DNA of 56,798 nt, taken from Candidatus Omnitrophota bacterium (lineage in GTDB: Bacteria > Omnitrophota > Gorgyraeia > 2-01-FULL-45-10). Each line of letters opens with the position of its first letter. Within the stretch, counting starts at the first letter, position 1. Under the pieces are notes generated by a model. The model worked only from the letters and a program-made list of their open reading frames with translations. It did not search any database and was not told the DNA's origin. Below are positions 44,006-53,925 of this stretch, in pieces. The DNA is taken from the NCBI GenBank assembly GCA_041663425.1, contig JBAYMS010000006.1, positions 1-56,798 on the forward strand. Direction: 5' to 3'. Both the position numbers and the translations under genes were made by a program.

Positions 44006-45813
44006 GATTTTTTCGGCTTCTTCGCTTTTCTCCGTTCATTTTCAATATAAACCATGAGGATAGATATTGCCGCCGGTGTTACGCCGGAAATTCTTGCAGC
44101 TTGTCCTAGATTTACCGGTTTTATTTTTTTAAGTTTTTCGCGTATTTCTGAAGACAGACCGTCTACTTTTATATAATCAAGCTTTTCCGGGATTTTTACT
44201 TTTTCTATTTTATCCAGCCGGGCGATCTCTCTTAACTGTCTTCTTATATAACCTTCGTATTTTATTTCTGTCTCGATCGTCCTGATCTCTTCGCAGGAAA
44301 ACGGTCCGGTCGCTTTTTCGTCTGCAACATCTTTGTATGAAGCATCCGGCCTGCGCAGAATTTTTTCAAGACGTGTTTTTTTAAGGCGCGCGATCTCGTT
44401 CTTAATGCGCTCTTTTTTTTCGGTAGTTTTTTTGTAGGCATCATCATTTATCAGGCCGATAGCATGACCTATGTCTGCAAGGCGCAGGTCTGCGTTGTCT
44501 TCCCGAATCAGCAGCCGATATTCAACGCGGGATGTGAACATGCGGTATGGCTCGGAAGTGCCTTTAGTAACCAGGTCATCTATTAATACGCCTATGTAGG
44601 CCTGCGAACGGTTCAGCACTAGCGGTTCTTTACCTTTGATCTTTAAGGATGCGTTTATGCCTGCCATTAGTCCAAGGCTGGCAGCTTCTTCATATCCGGT
44701 CGTTCCGTTTATCTGACCAGCCAGATAAAGGCCCCGCATTATCTTAGTTTCAAGCGTAGGATATAGCTGTGTCGGATCTGCGTAATCATACTCGATGCCA
44801 TAAGCGGGCTTTACTATCTTTGCGTTCTCGAGGCCTTCTATCGAAGCGACCATTTCTTTCTGGACGTCTACCGGCAGACTTGTTGATATGCCGTTTGGGT
44901 AATATTCTGTAGTGCTGCGGCTTTCCGGCTCCAGAAATATATGATGCCTTGTGCGCTCTGGGAATCGATATACTTTGTCCTCGATAGATGGGCAATATCT
45001 TGCACCAGTACCTTTTATTACTCCTGTAAATAGCGGTGACCGATCCAGGTTTGAGCGTATTATTTCATGGGTTTTTTCATTCGTGTAGGTAATATAACAA
45101 GGCATCTGTTCGCGCGTTATTTTATCTGATTGGAATGAAAAAGGTGTAAAATCGGCATCTCCGCGCTGCATTGGAAGTTTATCAAAATTTATGCTAGTAC
45201 CATCTATCCTGGCGCAGGTCCCTGTCTTGAGCCTGCCCAATTTTAAACCTATATTCTTTAAAGAGTCGGACAGCTTTTCTGAAGCCTTCTCCCCTATCCT
45301 CCCCCCTGCATAATGTTCCAGCCCTATATGTATGAGCCCATTTAAGAATGTTCCAGTTGTTACTATTGCAGCCTTAGCAGAGTAAATGTCACCCACAGAT
45401 GTTCTCACCCCTGTTATTGAGCCATTTTTAGTTATCAGATCTTCGGCCATGCCTTCCCTAATATCAAGACCTGCCTGATTTTTCACAACAGACTTCATGT
45501 AGTTGCAATATGCATGCCTATCGACCTGAGCGCGGGAAGAGCGGACCGCAGGCCCTTTTCTGGTGTTTAGCAAACGGAATTGTATGGCTGTGGCGTCGGT
45601 TGCCCTGGCCATCCATCCGCCTAATGCACCTATCTCTTTGACGAGCTGACCTTTTGCAAGCCCGCCTATGGCAGGATTACAGGATAGGGCGCCTATCGTG
45701 TCAGCGCTCATAGTAAGAAGCAGGGTTTTGCAGCCCATCCGGGCAGCAGCCAGGCTTGCTTCGCAGCCTGCGTGGCCTCCCCCGATTACTATAATATCGT
45801 ATTCGTTTTTCAA
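44002..45813 (-). CDS. mnmG: tRNA uridine 5-carboxymethylaminomethyl modification enzyme MnmG (GidA)
   Basis: [18 protein letters not shown] motif and full-length collinearity with GidA. TTG start. Confidence 0.95.
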   Translation of the reverse strand: MKNEYDIIVIGGGHAGCEASLAAARMGCKTLLLTMSADTIGALSCNPAIGGLAKGQLVKEIGALGGWMARATDATAIQFRLLNTRKGPAVRSSRAQVDRHAYCNYMKSVVKNQAGLDIREGMAEDLITKNGSITGVRTSVGDIYSAKAAIVTTGTFLNGLIHIGLEHYAGGRIGEKASEKLSDSLKNIGLKLGRLKTGTCARIDGTSINFDKLPMQRGDADFTPFSFQSDKITREQMPCYITYTNEKTHEIIRSNLDRSPLFTGVIKGTGARYCPSIEDKVYRFPERTRHHIFLEPESRSTTEYYPNGISTSLPVDVQKEMVASIEGLENAKIVKPAYGIEYDYADPTQLYPTLETKIMRGLYLAGQINGTTGYEEAASLGLMAGINASLKIKGKEPLVLNRSQAYIGVLIDDLVTKGTSEPYRMFTSRVEYRLLIREDNADLRLADIGHAIGLINDDAYKKTTEKKERIKNEIARLKKTRLEKILRRPDASYKDVADEKATGPFSCEEIRTIETEIKYEGYIRRQLREIARLDKIEKVKIPEKLDYIKVDGLSSEIREKLKKIKPVNLGQAARISGVTPAAISILMVYIENERRKAKKPKKS

Positions 45814-45824
45814 TGTCCCGTTCC

Positions 45825-45853
45825 TTGCATTTTATAAAAAGCTCAGGTATACT
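45825..45853 (+). promoter_or_regulatory. Candidate sigma-70 promoter (TTGCAT-N17-TATACT) divergent from mnmG
   Basis: -35 at 45825-45830 and -10 at 45848-45853. The predicted TSS at 45860-45861 coincides with the first base of a 13-bp closing stem. Confidence 0.5.
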
Positions 45854-45860
45854 TATATAC

Positions 45861-45943
45861 GGATGACAACAGCCTAGAGTGACCCGTTCTCGGGCCTTAG
45901 GTACATGATACCTGCAAAGCGCTGTTGCCATCCTCTTTTTTTT
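45861..45943 (+). ncRNA. Candidate small structured RNA (about 83 nt), family unknown
   Basis: GGATGACAACAGC (45861-45873) pairs with GCTGTTGCCATCC (45921-45933). The stem encloses sub-hairpins (GGTA-catga-TACC; GACCCG-ttct-CGGGCC) and is followed by TCTTTTTTTT (45934-45943). A promoter lies immediately upstream, and no ORF is present. Confidence 0.4.
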
Positions 45944-45976
45944 ATATCAAAAGACGGCAACAGGTTCTATTTTTTT
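45921..45976 (+). terminator. Second terminator-like hairpin sharing one arm with the sRNA closing stem
   Basis: GCTGTTGCC (45921-45929) pairs with GGCAACAG (45956-45963). Inner TCTTTT/AAAAGA pairing, followed by TTCTATTTTTTT (45965-45976). Mutually exclusive with the 45861/45921 stem. Confidence 0.35.
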
Positions 45977-46014
45977 AGAATTTTTGATTATTGGGAGATG
46001 TTTCGGTAAAGGTA

Positions 46015-47169
46015 TTAAAGGCTTATGATCGAATCGAAGGTCCCAAAGGCGTTCTGGACGCGTTCAGAATTTTGCGAATCGAGCACCCACTCACCGTCTA
46101 TTACAAATTTATACTTATATCTTCCCGAGGAAAGGCCGAGGTTTTTCTCCCATTTGCCATCAGACCCTCTGGATAAGCGGCTTTTTTCATCCATCTTCCA
46201 ATGGTTGAAATCACCAACGATATAAATATCTTTTGCTGCAGGTGCATCTACCGCAAATCGGATCTCTCTAGATAGTGATTTGACGCTGTCTATTAACGAA
46301 GGTGCTTCTGCGGAAACCGTATCGGACTGTGCTTCTTCCGAAGAAGTTATTACCATTATTGCTTTTTCAATATCGTCGGACCTCTGTTTTTTCTCTATTT
46401 CCAGCGTATCGTATTTGGTGATCTCTTTGGCCAAGGCGGTATAATCGATCGCGCCGTTTGATTCAGGGTCGAGCTGGAGCACAGAAACGCCTTTTGATGC
46501 AGCTTTTTTAAGCGCCACATTCATTCTTATGATCGTTTCCAGCATTTGTTCTTTGAATAATGATTTTATCTCGTCGAACATAACCTGGGAATATTTTTTT
46601 CTCTTGTCGAATATGGTAGCGACGGCGCTTACTCTGGGCGAGTGGTTGATCTTAACTTTTATAAGTTCCAGCATTCCAAGCAGTTTTGCAACGCCCATAA
46701 GTGAGAATGCGCTCATGTCTATAGGAACTAATACCGTGTTTGCTGCTCTTAAAGCGTTGAAAGTCAAGAAACCTAGAGAAGGCGGGCAATCAATTATAGC
46801 GTAGTCATAATCAAGCTGTTCTGAGGACAGTATGTCGTGAAGTTTTGAGACGGCGTCCTCTTTGTCCTTTAATTCCTGTTCAATAGTGCTGAGTAATATG
46901 CTGGATGGTATAACGTCTAAATTCTTGGATACATTTAATATGCAATCCGCTAAGGAGCGGTTTCTTTCGGTGTTGTCTGTAAGGATATTGTAAATAGATT
47001 TATCAGAGGCTTGGTTCGTAAGACCCAATCCGTATGTGGCATGCGCCTGAGGATCAAGGTCTATGAGAAGTATTTTTTTACCGGAAACTGCAAGAGCGCT
47101 GGATAAGTTTATTGCCGTAGTCGTTTTACCGCAACCACCTTTTTGATTTGCTATAGATATAATCTTCAT
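46015..47169 (-). CDS. ParA/Soj-family ATPase fused to a C-terminal glycogen-binding CBM48 (AMPK-beta GBD-like) domain
   Basis: - Deviant Walker A NQKGGCGKTTTAINL and a ParA-like core over about aa 1-260.
- An acidic linker.
- C-terminal IRFAVDAPAAKDIYIVGDFNHWKMD...GKWEKNLGLSSGRYKYKFVIDGEWVLD matches the AMPK1_CBM/CBM48 pattern.
- ATG 47169 follows GGGAGA; the ORF track starts at TTG 47196. Confidence 0.85.
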   Translation of the reverse strand: MKIISIANQKGGCGKTTTAINLSSALAVSGKKILLIDLDPQAHATYGLGLTNQASDKSIYNILTDNTERNRSLADCILNVSKNLDVIPSSILLSTIEQELKDKEDAVSKLHDILSSEQLDYDYAIIDCPPSLGFLTFNALRAANTVLVPIDMSAFSLMGVAKLLGMLELIKVKINHSPRVSAVATIFDKRKKYSQVMFDEIKSLFKEQMLETIIRMNVALKKAASKGVSVLQLDPESNGAIDYTALAKEITKYDTLEIEKKQRSDDIEKAIMVITSSEEAQSDTVSAEAPSLIDSVKSLSREIRFAVDAPAAKDIYIVGDFNHWKMDEKSRLSRGSDGKWEKNLGLSSGRYKYKFVIDGEWVLDSQNSERVQNAFGTFDSIISL

Positions 47170-47275
47170 AGCTAATCTCCCAAGTTTGTTAAGCAATGCA
47201 ACTTACTAAGTGCCTATATCTCTGATATAGGCCAAGTTTATTCATTTGTAATAATATATAACAAATACATAAATA

Positions 47276-48091
47276 TTACAAATGTTTTTTCGCAAAATTT
47301 ACACCATTTGTAAATATGCTAAGCCCGTCTCCCTCCTCCCTGACCGGTCCGTTATTTTTAATCCTGGTCCAGCAAGGGTTCTGATAAAAAGATATATGTC
47401 TTTCCGGATGCGGCATTAATCCGAATATCCGCCCGGTTTTGTTGCAGATTCCCGCTATGTTTTCTACGGAGCCGTTAGGGTTGTCTGGATAGCCTTTTCT
47501 TTGTCCGTCTTCATCCACGTATTCCAACGCTATCATCCCTTCTGCTTTAAGGGTTTTAAGTATTTTGCTGTCCCGTGGAATGAATTTTCCTTCTCCATGA
47601 GCTACGGGCAGGTGTATGACTTTATCTATCCCCTTCGTCCATATGCATTTATTGGCTGCTGCCTGATTTTTAACACGCTTTAAATATACCCAGCGGTCTT
47701 CAAATTTGTTTGAATCGTTCAGCGTAAGAGTTGCTTCTATAGTTTGGCAATCTCCGGATAAGTTTGGCAGAAGCCCTGCCTTAACCAGTATCTGGAAGCC
47801 GTTGCATATGCCGATTATGAGTTTTCCGTCCGAAATGAATTTTTGTAAACCGTCTTGCAGTTTATAGGTCAGCTCATTTGCAAGGATCTTTCCGCTTGCG
47901 ATGTCATCGCCATATGTGAATCCGCCCGGCAGTGCAAGTATCTGGCAATCGTTCAGCTTCCGCCTGCGGCCGGTAAGCTCGTTTATATGAACAAATTCTG
48001 TTTCTGCGCCGGCAACCTCAAAAGCGAACGCTGTTTCTTTGTCGCAATTTGTTCCGGCTGTTCTCAGGACTATGACTTTTGGTTTTCTCAT
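47276..48091 (-). CDS. purQ: Phosphoribosylformylglycinamidine synthase, glutaminase subunit PurQ
   Basis: Class I amidotransferase triad (GICNGFQ, MPHPER). ATG 48091 forms an ATGA overlap with the purL stop; the ORF track starts at TTG 48115. Confidence 0.9.
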   Translation of the reverse strand: MRKPKVIVLRTAGTNCDKETAFAFEVAGAETEFVHINELTGRRRKLNDCQILALPGGFTYGDDIASGKILANELTYKLQDGLQKFISDGKLIIGICNGFQILVKAGLLPNLSGDCQTIEATLTLNDSNKFEDRWVYLKRVKNQAAANKCIWTKGIDKVIHLPVAHGEGKFIPRDSKILKTLKAEGMIALEYVDEDGQRKGYPDNPNGSVENIAGICNKTGRIFGLMPHPERHISFYQNPCWTRIKNNGPVREEGDGLSIFTNGVNFAKKHL

Positions 48092-50976
48092 AATTGTGCG
48101 AACGGCTTTTGCCAAGCCGCCTTAAGTTTAGATATCTCTGTTTTTATTATAACTTTATCATCGGTGCCGGATATTTTAAATGTGCTGTTATTTGTTGCGC
48201 AGCCCAATTTCCATATAGGGGCACCTTTCATTGACTGAGCAAATGTTTTTTCATCCGCAACCTCTACGACAAAACGTGTATTTGATTCAGAAAATAAAAG
48301 AGTTTCATTTTTTAATATTTTCTGAGCGTCAGGTTTTTTGTATTCGTTTAAATTTATGTCCATACCCAAGCCGCCGGCGAATGCCATCTCCGCCAAAGTT
48401 ACGGCCAAGCCGCCCTCTGAGCAATCGTGGCAGGATGCTACACATCCTTTAGCTATGGATCTTGTGAGAGCTTGCAGGACCTTTTTGCTGTAAACAGGAT
48501 CTAGCATCGGAACGCTGTTGCCGAGAAAGCCTTTTGTCTTGTAGTATTGCGATCCGCCCAGCTCGTCTTTGGTCAGGCCGACTAAATAGATTGAGCTGCC
48601 AGGTTTTTTCAGATCCATCGAAACGGCTTTCGTTATATCATCCATGACCGCTATGCATGATATAAGCAGCGTCGGAGGTATCGAAATAGTTTTTTTGCCG
48701 GTGGAGTACTCATTGTTCAGGCTGTCTTTGCCGGATATGAAAGGCACGCCGTATGCTTTTGCAATATCATAGCAGGCCTGTGATGCCCTTACCAGAGAGC
48801 CTAATCTGTCCGGCTTATTTGTATTGCCCCAGCAGAAATTGTCGAGAATCGCAGCTTTGGTCATATCTCCGCCGACCGAAACTATCTGGCGTAAGGATTC
48901 GTCTATTACGCTTGCGGCCATCCAGTATGGATCGATCTTGCCGTAATCAGGATTTATTCCGCATGATAGTATTATGCCTTTTCTTGAGCTTAGGATCGGC
49001 CTGGTTATGCTGGCATCCCCCGGTCCGCACCCTACGCCCTGCAGAGGTTTTAAGACGCTGCCGCCCTGGACTTCGTGGTCGTACTGACGGATTATCCATT
49101 CTTTGCTGGCTATGTTGGGATTTGATAAAAGGGTGAGCAAATCTCCGGTTAGATCTTTTGCCGTTGATGGTTTAGGTTCGGCAAATTTTTGTTTCTTCCA
49201 TATAGCTTTTCGGCTTATATCGGGTCCGCCGTTATGTATGAAGTCCATGTCCATATCGCATACGGATTCGCCATTAAAGAATAGTTTCAGGTGTCCGTTC
49301 CCTGTAAATTTACCTATGACGGTAGCTTCAACATTTTCGCTTTCAAATATTGCTGTCAGTTCATCTACTTTTTCGGGAGATACGGAAAGCACCATACGTT
49401 CCTGCGCTTCCGATATCCATATTTCATCGTAATTAAGGCCTTTGTATTTTAATGGGACTTTTTCGAGGTAGACTTCTGCTCCAAGCTCCTCACCCATCTC
49501 CCCTACTGCGCTTGACAGGCCGCCCGCGCCGCAATCTGTCAGAGCGCTGTAAAGCCCGAGATCGCGTGCTTTCAACAGAGTGTCTGCGACCTTTTTTTCC
49601 TGGATAGGATTGCCTATCTGGACTGCTGAACCTGATGTGCCTTTTGATTCATGCGTCAGCTCACCGGATGAGAATGTTGCACCGTGTATGCCGTCCCTGC
49701 CTGTTCTCCCGCCTACTACGACTACGAGATCGCCTTTGCATACTTTTTTAAAGGATTTATTTTTCGGCATTATGCCCACATTGCCGCAGAATACGAGAGG
49801 GTTGCCGACAAAATTTTCATCAAATAATACAGCACCATTTGTGGTCGGGATGCCCATTCTGTTGCCGTAATCACGCACTCCGGAAACCACACCTTTCATT
49901 ATCCTTTTGGGGTGGAGGGCGCCCTTAGGTAGTTTTTTATAAGGATAATCGGGGTAGCCGAAACAGAAAACGTCGGTATTGATTATGGGTTTTGCGCCTA
50001 AGCCGGTTCCCATGGGATCGCGGATGACACCTCCTATGCCGGTGCCTGCGCCGCCGTAAGGTTCCAGCGCTGAGGGGTGGTTGTGTGTCTCGACTTTAAA
50101 GCATATGTTGTTTTCTTCGTCGAAGCGTATAATGCCTGAATTGTCATGGAAGACAGAAACGCACCATGGTCTATTTAATTCTTTCGTTACTTTCATTATC
50201 GTGGATTTAAGGAGATTGTCTATTGTTGTGACTTTTGCGCCTTTACCCTTGCCGCCTTCCTCCCTATATTCTATTTTTCCTCTGAATGTCTTATGCTTGC
50301 AGTGTTCAGACCATGTCTGCGCTATGGTTTCAAGTTCGCAGTCGGTCGGATTACGGCCAAGTTTTTTAAAATAGCGCTGTATGGTCTTCATCTCTTCGAT
50401 GGATAAAAATAGCTGACCGTTTTTAGACATGACCTGCAGTTTTTTATCGTCGGCGTTAAGGATCTCTACGTATCGGACTTTGAACTGATAAACAGGTGTC
50501 TGGTGAATATGGCTGGAAGTTTTTGTAACAACGTGCTGGATTACTTTATTGTATAAAATCTTTTCGGCAATAGAGTGGATATCGCTGTAAGATAAATCGC
50601 CGCGGATCAGATATTTTTTGGCCGTCTTTAAGGACTTGATTCCTTTTATGCCGAGATCATCGATAGCTTTTTTTGCGCTGTCTTCAACAGGATCCATAAC
50701 TCCGGGGTTGTATGCGATCTCAACCACCTTGTAATTCTTTTCGTTAAAAACATTTCCGTCATATTTATATTCCTGCGTAACCGGATCGATGAGCAGGCCT
50801 TCGCATATTTTTTTTATATCGCGTTCATCAATGTCTCCATCGATAAGATAAACCTGAACGGTTTTGACTTCTTTTACCTTATTTTTGAATCCAATATCTG
50901 AAATATCTTTTCTTGCCGATTCGCCGAGCGTATCGCAGAAACCTGCCTTTTCCCGGACTTCAACTCTCCACAGCAT
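48088..50976 (-). CDS. purL: Phosphoribosylformylglycinamidine synthase PurL with two N-terminal PurS-like modules (PurS-PurS-PurL fusion)
   Basis: AIR-synthase-like duplicated PurL core (SEHCKHKTF, ETHNHPSALEPYGGAGTGIGGVIRD). It is preceded by about 220 aa containing two PurS-like units. ATG 50976 overlaps the guaA stop (TAATG); the ORF track extends to 51102. Confidence 0.88.
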   Translation of the reverse strand: MLWRVEVREKAGFCDTLGESARKDISDIGFKNKVKEVKTVQVYLIDGDIDERDIKKICEGLLIDPVTQEYKYDGNVFNEKNYKVVEIAYNPGVMDPVEDSAKKAIDDLGIKGIKSLKTAKKYLIRGDLSYSDIHSIAEKILYNKVIQHVVTKTSSHIHQTPVYQFKVRYVEILNADDKKLQVMSKNGQLFLSIEEMKTIQRYFKKLGRNPTDCELETIAQTWSEHCKHKTFRGKIEYREEGGKGKGAKVTTIDNLLKSTIMKVTKELNRPWCVSVFHDNSGIIRFDEENNICFKVETHNHPSALEPYGGAGTGIGGVIRDPMGTGLGAKPIINTDVFCFGYPDYPYKKLPKGALHPKRIMKGVVSGVRDYGNRMGIPTTNGAVLFDENFVGNPLVFCGNVGIMPKNKSFKKVCKGDLVVVVGGRTGRDGIHGATFSSGELTHESKGTSGSAVQIGNPIQEKKVADTLLKARDLGLYSALTDCGAGGLSSAVGEMGEELGAEVYLEKVPLKYKGLNYDEIWISEAQERMVLSVSPEKVDELTAIFESENVEATVIGKFTGNGHLKLFFNGESVCDMDMDFIHNGGPDISRKAIWKKQKFAEPKPSTAKDLTGDLLTLLSNPNIASKEWIIRQYDHEVQGGSVLKPLQGVGCGPGDASITRPILSSRKGIILSCGINPDYGKIDPYWMAASVIDESLRQIVSVGGDMTKAAILDNFCWGNTNKPDRLGSLVRASQACYDIAKAYGVPFISGKDSLNNEYSTGKKTISIPPTLLISCIAVMDDITKAVSMDLKKPGSSIYLVGLTKDELGGSQYYKTKGFLGNSVPMLDPVYSKKVLQALTRSIAKGCVASCHDCSEGGLAVTLAEMAFAGGLGMDINLNEYKKPDAQKILKNETLLFSESNTRFVVEVADEKTFAQSMKGAPIWKLGCATNNSTFKISGTDDKVIIKTEISKLKAAWQKPFAQL

Positions 50977-52517
50977 TATTCCCACTCTATCGTTGAGGGC
51001 GGCTTTGAACTTATGTCGTAAGCTACCCTGTTTACGCCTTTCACTTCGTTTATGATTCTGTTGGAAATTTTTCCAAGTACATCGTATGGTATCTTGGCCC
51101 AATCTGCGGTCATTCCATCGACGCTTGTTACGGCGCGGATCGCTACCACGCTTTCATATGTGCGCTCGTCTCCCATAACGCCAACCGATTTTATCGGCAG
51201 CAGGACTGCGAATGCCTGCCATATCTGGTCATATAGCCCTTCTTTCCTTAAAACCTGAATAAATCTGTCGTCAACCTCTCTTAATATGTCGCAGCGTTCT
51301 TTTGTGATGTCGCCGATTATGCGGACAGCTAAGCCTGGTCCCGGGAATGGATGTCTTCCGAGGACCTCGGCGGGTATCCGGAGCTCCTTACCAACTTTCC
51401 TTACCTCATCTTTAAAAAGATATTTCAACGGCTCAATGAGTTTCAGATTCATCTTTTTAGGTAATCCGCCCACATTATGGTGTGTTTTTATGGTAGCGCT
51501 TGGGCCGCCGAATGCTGAGCGCGATTCAATGAGGTCGGGATAAAGCGTTCCCTGGGCCAGGAATTTAACACCGCCTATCTTTTTAGCTTCGCGATCGAAA
51601 ACTTTTATGAATGTCCTGCCGATTATTTTCCGTTTCTTTTCCGGATCAGCAACCCCTCGTAGCGCTACGAGGAATTCTTCAGAAGCATCCACTACTTTCA
51701 GGTTCAGCTTAAAATGTTTTTGGAATACCTCGCGGACGAGACGCGCTTCATTTTTTCTTAGTAGACCATTGTCAACGAATATGCAGGCGAGTCTGTGTCC
51801 TATGGCTTTATTTATAAGAATGGCGGCTACGGAAGAATCGACCCCTCCGGATAGTCCAAGTATCACTTTATCTTTGCCGGCAGTTGTGCGTATCTCGTCT
51901 ATGGTTTCTTTGACAAAAGATTTCATGGACCAGTTGCATTTGGCCGAGCATATGTCTTTTACGAAATTTTTCAGCACTTCTTTACCGTATTCGGTATGGG
52001 CTACTTCAGGATGGAACTGAACGCCGAATAAATTTTTATCAAAATTTCCAAAGGCTGCCACTGAAGTATTTTTCGACATTCCTATCCGTTTAAAATTGCG
52101 CGGCATTGTCTTTACCTTGTCGCCATGGCTCATCCAGGTGATGCTATTTTTGGGGATCTTCGTAAATAATAAGCGGTGATTAGCTACCGTGAAAGTGGCG
52201 CGTCCGTATTCTCTCGAAGGCGCTCTGTCAACCTTTCCTCCCAGAGTCTTTGCCATAAGCTGCATTCCGTAACATATACCTAAGACAGGTATCCCCAGAG
52301 AAAAAAGTCTGGGGTCGCAGGTTGGCGCACCTTTAGCATATACGCTTGCCGGTCCGCCAGACAGAATAATGCCTTTGGTTTCAGATAAATTTATCGACTC
52401 TATGGATATTGTCGGAGGCACTATTTCGCAGAATACGCTAAGCTCGCGTATTTTCCTTGCAATAAGCTGATTGTATTGCGAACCGAAGTCTAATATTAGT
52501 ATTTTTTCTTGTGCCAT
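50976..52517 (-). CDS. guaA: GMP synthase (glutamine-hydrolysing)
   Basis: GATase domain (GICYGMQ, HPE), ATP-PPase P-loop GLSGGVDSS, and the canonical C-terminus PPSTIEWE. Confidence 0.97.
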   Translation of the reverse strand: MAQEKILILDFGSQYNQLIARKIRELSVFCEIVPPTISIESINLSETKGIILSGGPASVYAKGAPTCDPRLFSLGIPVLGICYGMQLMAKTLGGKVDRAPSREYGRATFTVANHRLLFTKIPKNSITWMSHGDKVKTMPRNFKRIGMSKNTSVAAFGNFDKNLFGVQFHPEVAHTEYGKEVLKNFVKDICSAKCNWSMKSFVKETIDEIRTTAGKDKVILGLSGGVDSSVAAILINKAIGHRLACIFVDNGLLRKNEARLVREVFQKHFKLNLKVVDASEEFLVALRGVADPEKKRKIIGRTFIKVFDREAKKIGGVKFLAQGTLYPDLIESRSAFGGPSATIKTHHNVGGLPKKMNLKLIEPLKYLFKDEVRKVGKELRIPAEVLGRHPFPGPGLAVRIIGDITKERCDILREVDDRFIQVLRKEGLYDQIWQAFAVLLPIKSVGVMGDERTYESVVAIRAVTSVDGMTADWAKIPYDVLGKISNRIINEVKGVNRVAYDISSKPPSTIEWE

Positions 52518-52518
52518 T

Positions 52519-53925
52519 TTATTTAATAGTTAGCCCTGCGCAGCGGGTTTTCTCAAGAGCTTTTTTTGAAGGCGGTTTACATATCTTAGTCGGATAGTCC
52601 CCGTTAAAACATGCTGTGCAGAACTCTTCCTTCGGCAGCATCATCGAATCAAGCATGCCGTCAAGGCTCAGGTATTCGAGGGAATCTACGCCTATAAAAT
52701 CCCGTATCTCTTTTATCGTATGGTTAGAGGCTATCAGTTCTTTCTTTGTCGGGAAGTCTATACCGTAAAAGCACGGCGAGATAAGCGGCGGGCAGCTTAC
52801 TCTCATGTGTATCTCTTTTACTCCTGCCTGGCGAAGTGCCCGGACTCTTCCACGCGAAGTTGTGCCCCGCACAATAGAATCCTCAACTATTATTACTCTC
52901 TTATCTTTTAATACATCCCGGATCGGATTGAGTTTAACTTTCACTTTAAAATCCCTGATGAGCTGGCTTGGCTGGATGAAGGTTCTCCCTATGTAGTGAT
53001 TGCGGACAAAACCCATCTCGAGAGGTATTTTTGACTCCTCCGCATAACCGAGCGCGGCATAAGTGCCGGAGTCGGGTATGGGCATTACCATGTCGGCGTC
53101 TACCGGATGCTCTTTTGCTAGTGTCCGTCCCAGATTTTTCCGTGTCAGATAAACGCTTTTAGTGAAGATGTTGCTATCCGGCCTCGAGAAGTAAATATAT
53201 TCAAATATACAGAAGGCGTGTTTTTTCTGCTGCTGCGGTTTCAGTGATGTAATGCCGCTTTTATCTATTATTACGATCTCTCCCGGCTCAACATCGCGTA
53301 GGTATGTTGCCTGCAATATATCCAGTGCGCAGGTTTCGCTGGCGACAATATATGTGTCGCCGAGCTTGCCTATGCAAAGCGGACGGAAGCCGTGAGGATC
53401 CCTCATGGCATATATGGCATCGTTTATCATAATGACAAACGAATAGGCACCTTCCATGCGCTGGGCGATAGGCATTATTTTGGATCTGTAATTATTCTGA
53501 TGGTCGCGCACAAGGAAATGGACAATCAGCTCTGAGTCCATCGTTGTTTGAAGTATGGAGCCGTTGTCCTCGAGTTCATTTCTTAACTCGACGGAGTTTG
53601 TGAGATTGCCGTTATGAGCTACGGCTATGAAACCTTTTTTGTGGTTTATGAGCAGCGGCTGTACGTTTTTAACCGTGCTTGAGCCCGTAGTCGAATATCG
53701 GACATGGCCTATAGCCATCGAGCCTTTTAGTTTTTTAAGATCGGCTTCTTTAAAAAGATCACCGACCAGACCCATGCCTTTATGCAGATGAACTTTTTTA
53801 CCATCGAAACTTACTATACCGGCTGACTCCTCGCCTCTATGCTGGAGCGCATATAGCGCCAGATAGGCCATTTGACTGGCGTTTTTATGTCCAGAAATCC
53901 CTACGACTCCACAATACTCTTTCAT
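52519..53925 (-). CDS. purF: Amidophosphoribosyltransferase
   Basis: N-terminal nucleophile Cys ([10 protein letters not shown]), PRTase motif [13 protein letters not shown], and C-terminal Cys residues for an Fe-S cluster. Confidence 0.95.
   Translation of the reverse strand: MKEYCGVVGISGHKNASQMAYLALYALQHRGEESAGIVSFDGKKVHLHKGMGLVGDLFKEADLKKLKGSMAIGHVRYSTTGSSTVKNVQPLLINHKKGFIAVAHNGNLTNSVELRNELEDNGSILQTTMDSELIVHFLVRDHQNNYRSKIMPIAQRMEGAYSFVIMINDAIYAMRDPHGFRPLCIGKLGDTYIVASETCALDILQATYLRDVEPGEIVIIDKSGITSLKPQQQKKHAFCIFEYIYFSRPDSNIFTKSVYLTRKNLGRTLAKEHPVDADMVMPIPDSGTYAALGYAEESKIPLEMGFVRNHYIGRTFIQPSQLIRDFKVKVKLNPIRDVLKDKRVIIVEDSIVRGTTSRGRVRALRQAGVKEIHMRVSCPPLISPCFYGIDFPTKKELIASNHTIKEIRDFIGVDSLEYLSLDGMLDSMMLPKEEFCTACFNGDYPTKICKPPSKKALEKTRCAGLTIK

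Noticed and set aside
45861-45933. The 73-nt stem-enclosed element looked tRNA-sized. SRP (4.5S) RNA was also considered.
   Set aside because: There is no D-loop or T-loop consensus (no GGTTCGAATCC-like T arm, no AGC..GG D arm), and the closing stem is 13 bp rather than 7. There is no GGAA-tetraloop/AGCA helix-8 motif of SRP RNA on either strand. It is kept only as an unclassified sRNA candidate.
50977-51102. N-terminal extensions given by the ORF track: purL to 51102, purQ to 48115, ParA-like to 47196, carB-half to 55529, lyase to 26960, EpsI to 32816, GT4 to 23603, GT2 to 20601, acetyltransferase to 16486, nuclease to 2412.
   Set aside because: The extensions overlap the upstream gene, often start with TTG/GTG, and add non-conserved residues. 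Internal ATGs show RBSs or ATGA/TAATG coupling and match the family N-termini.
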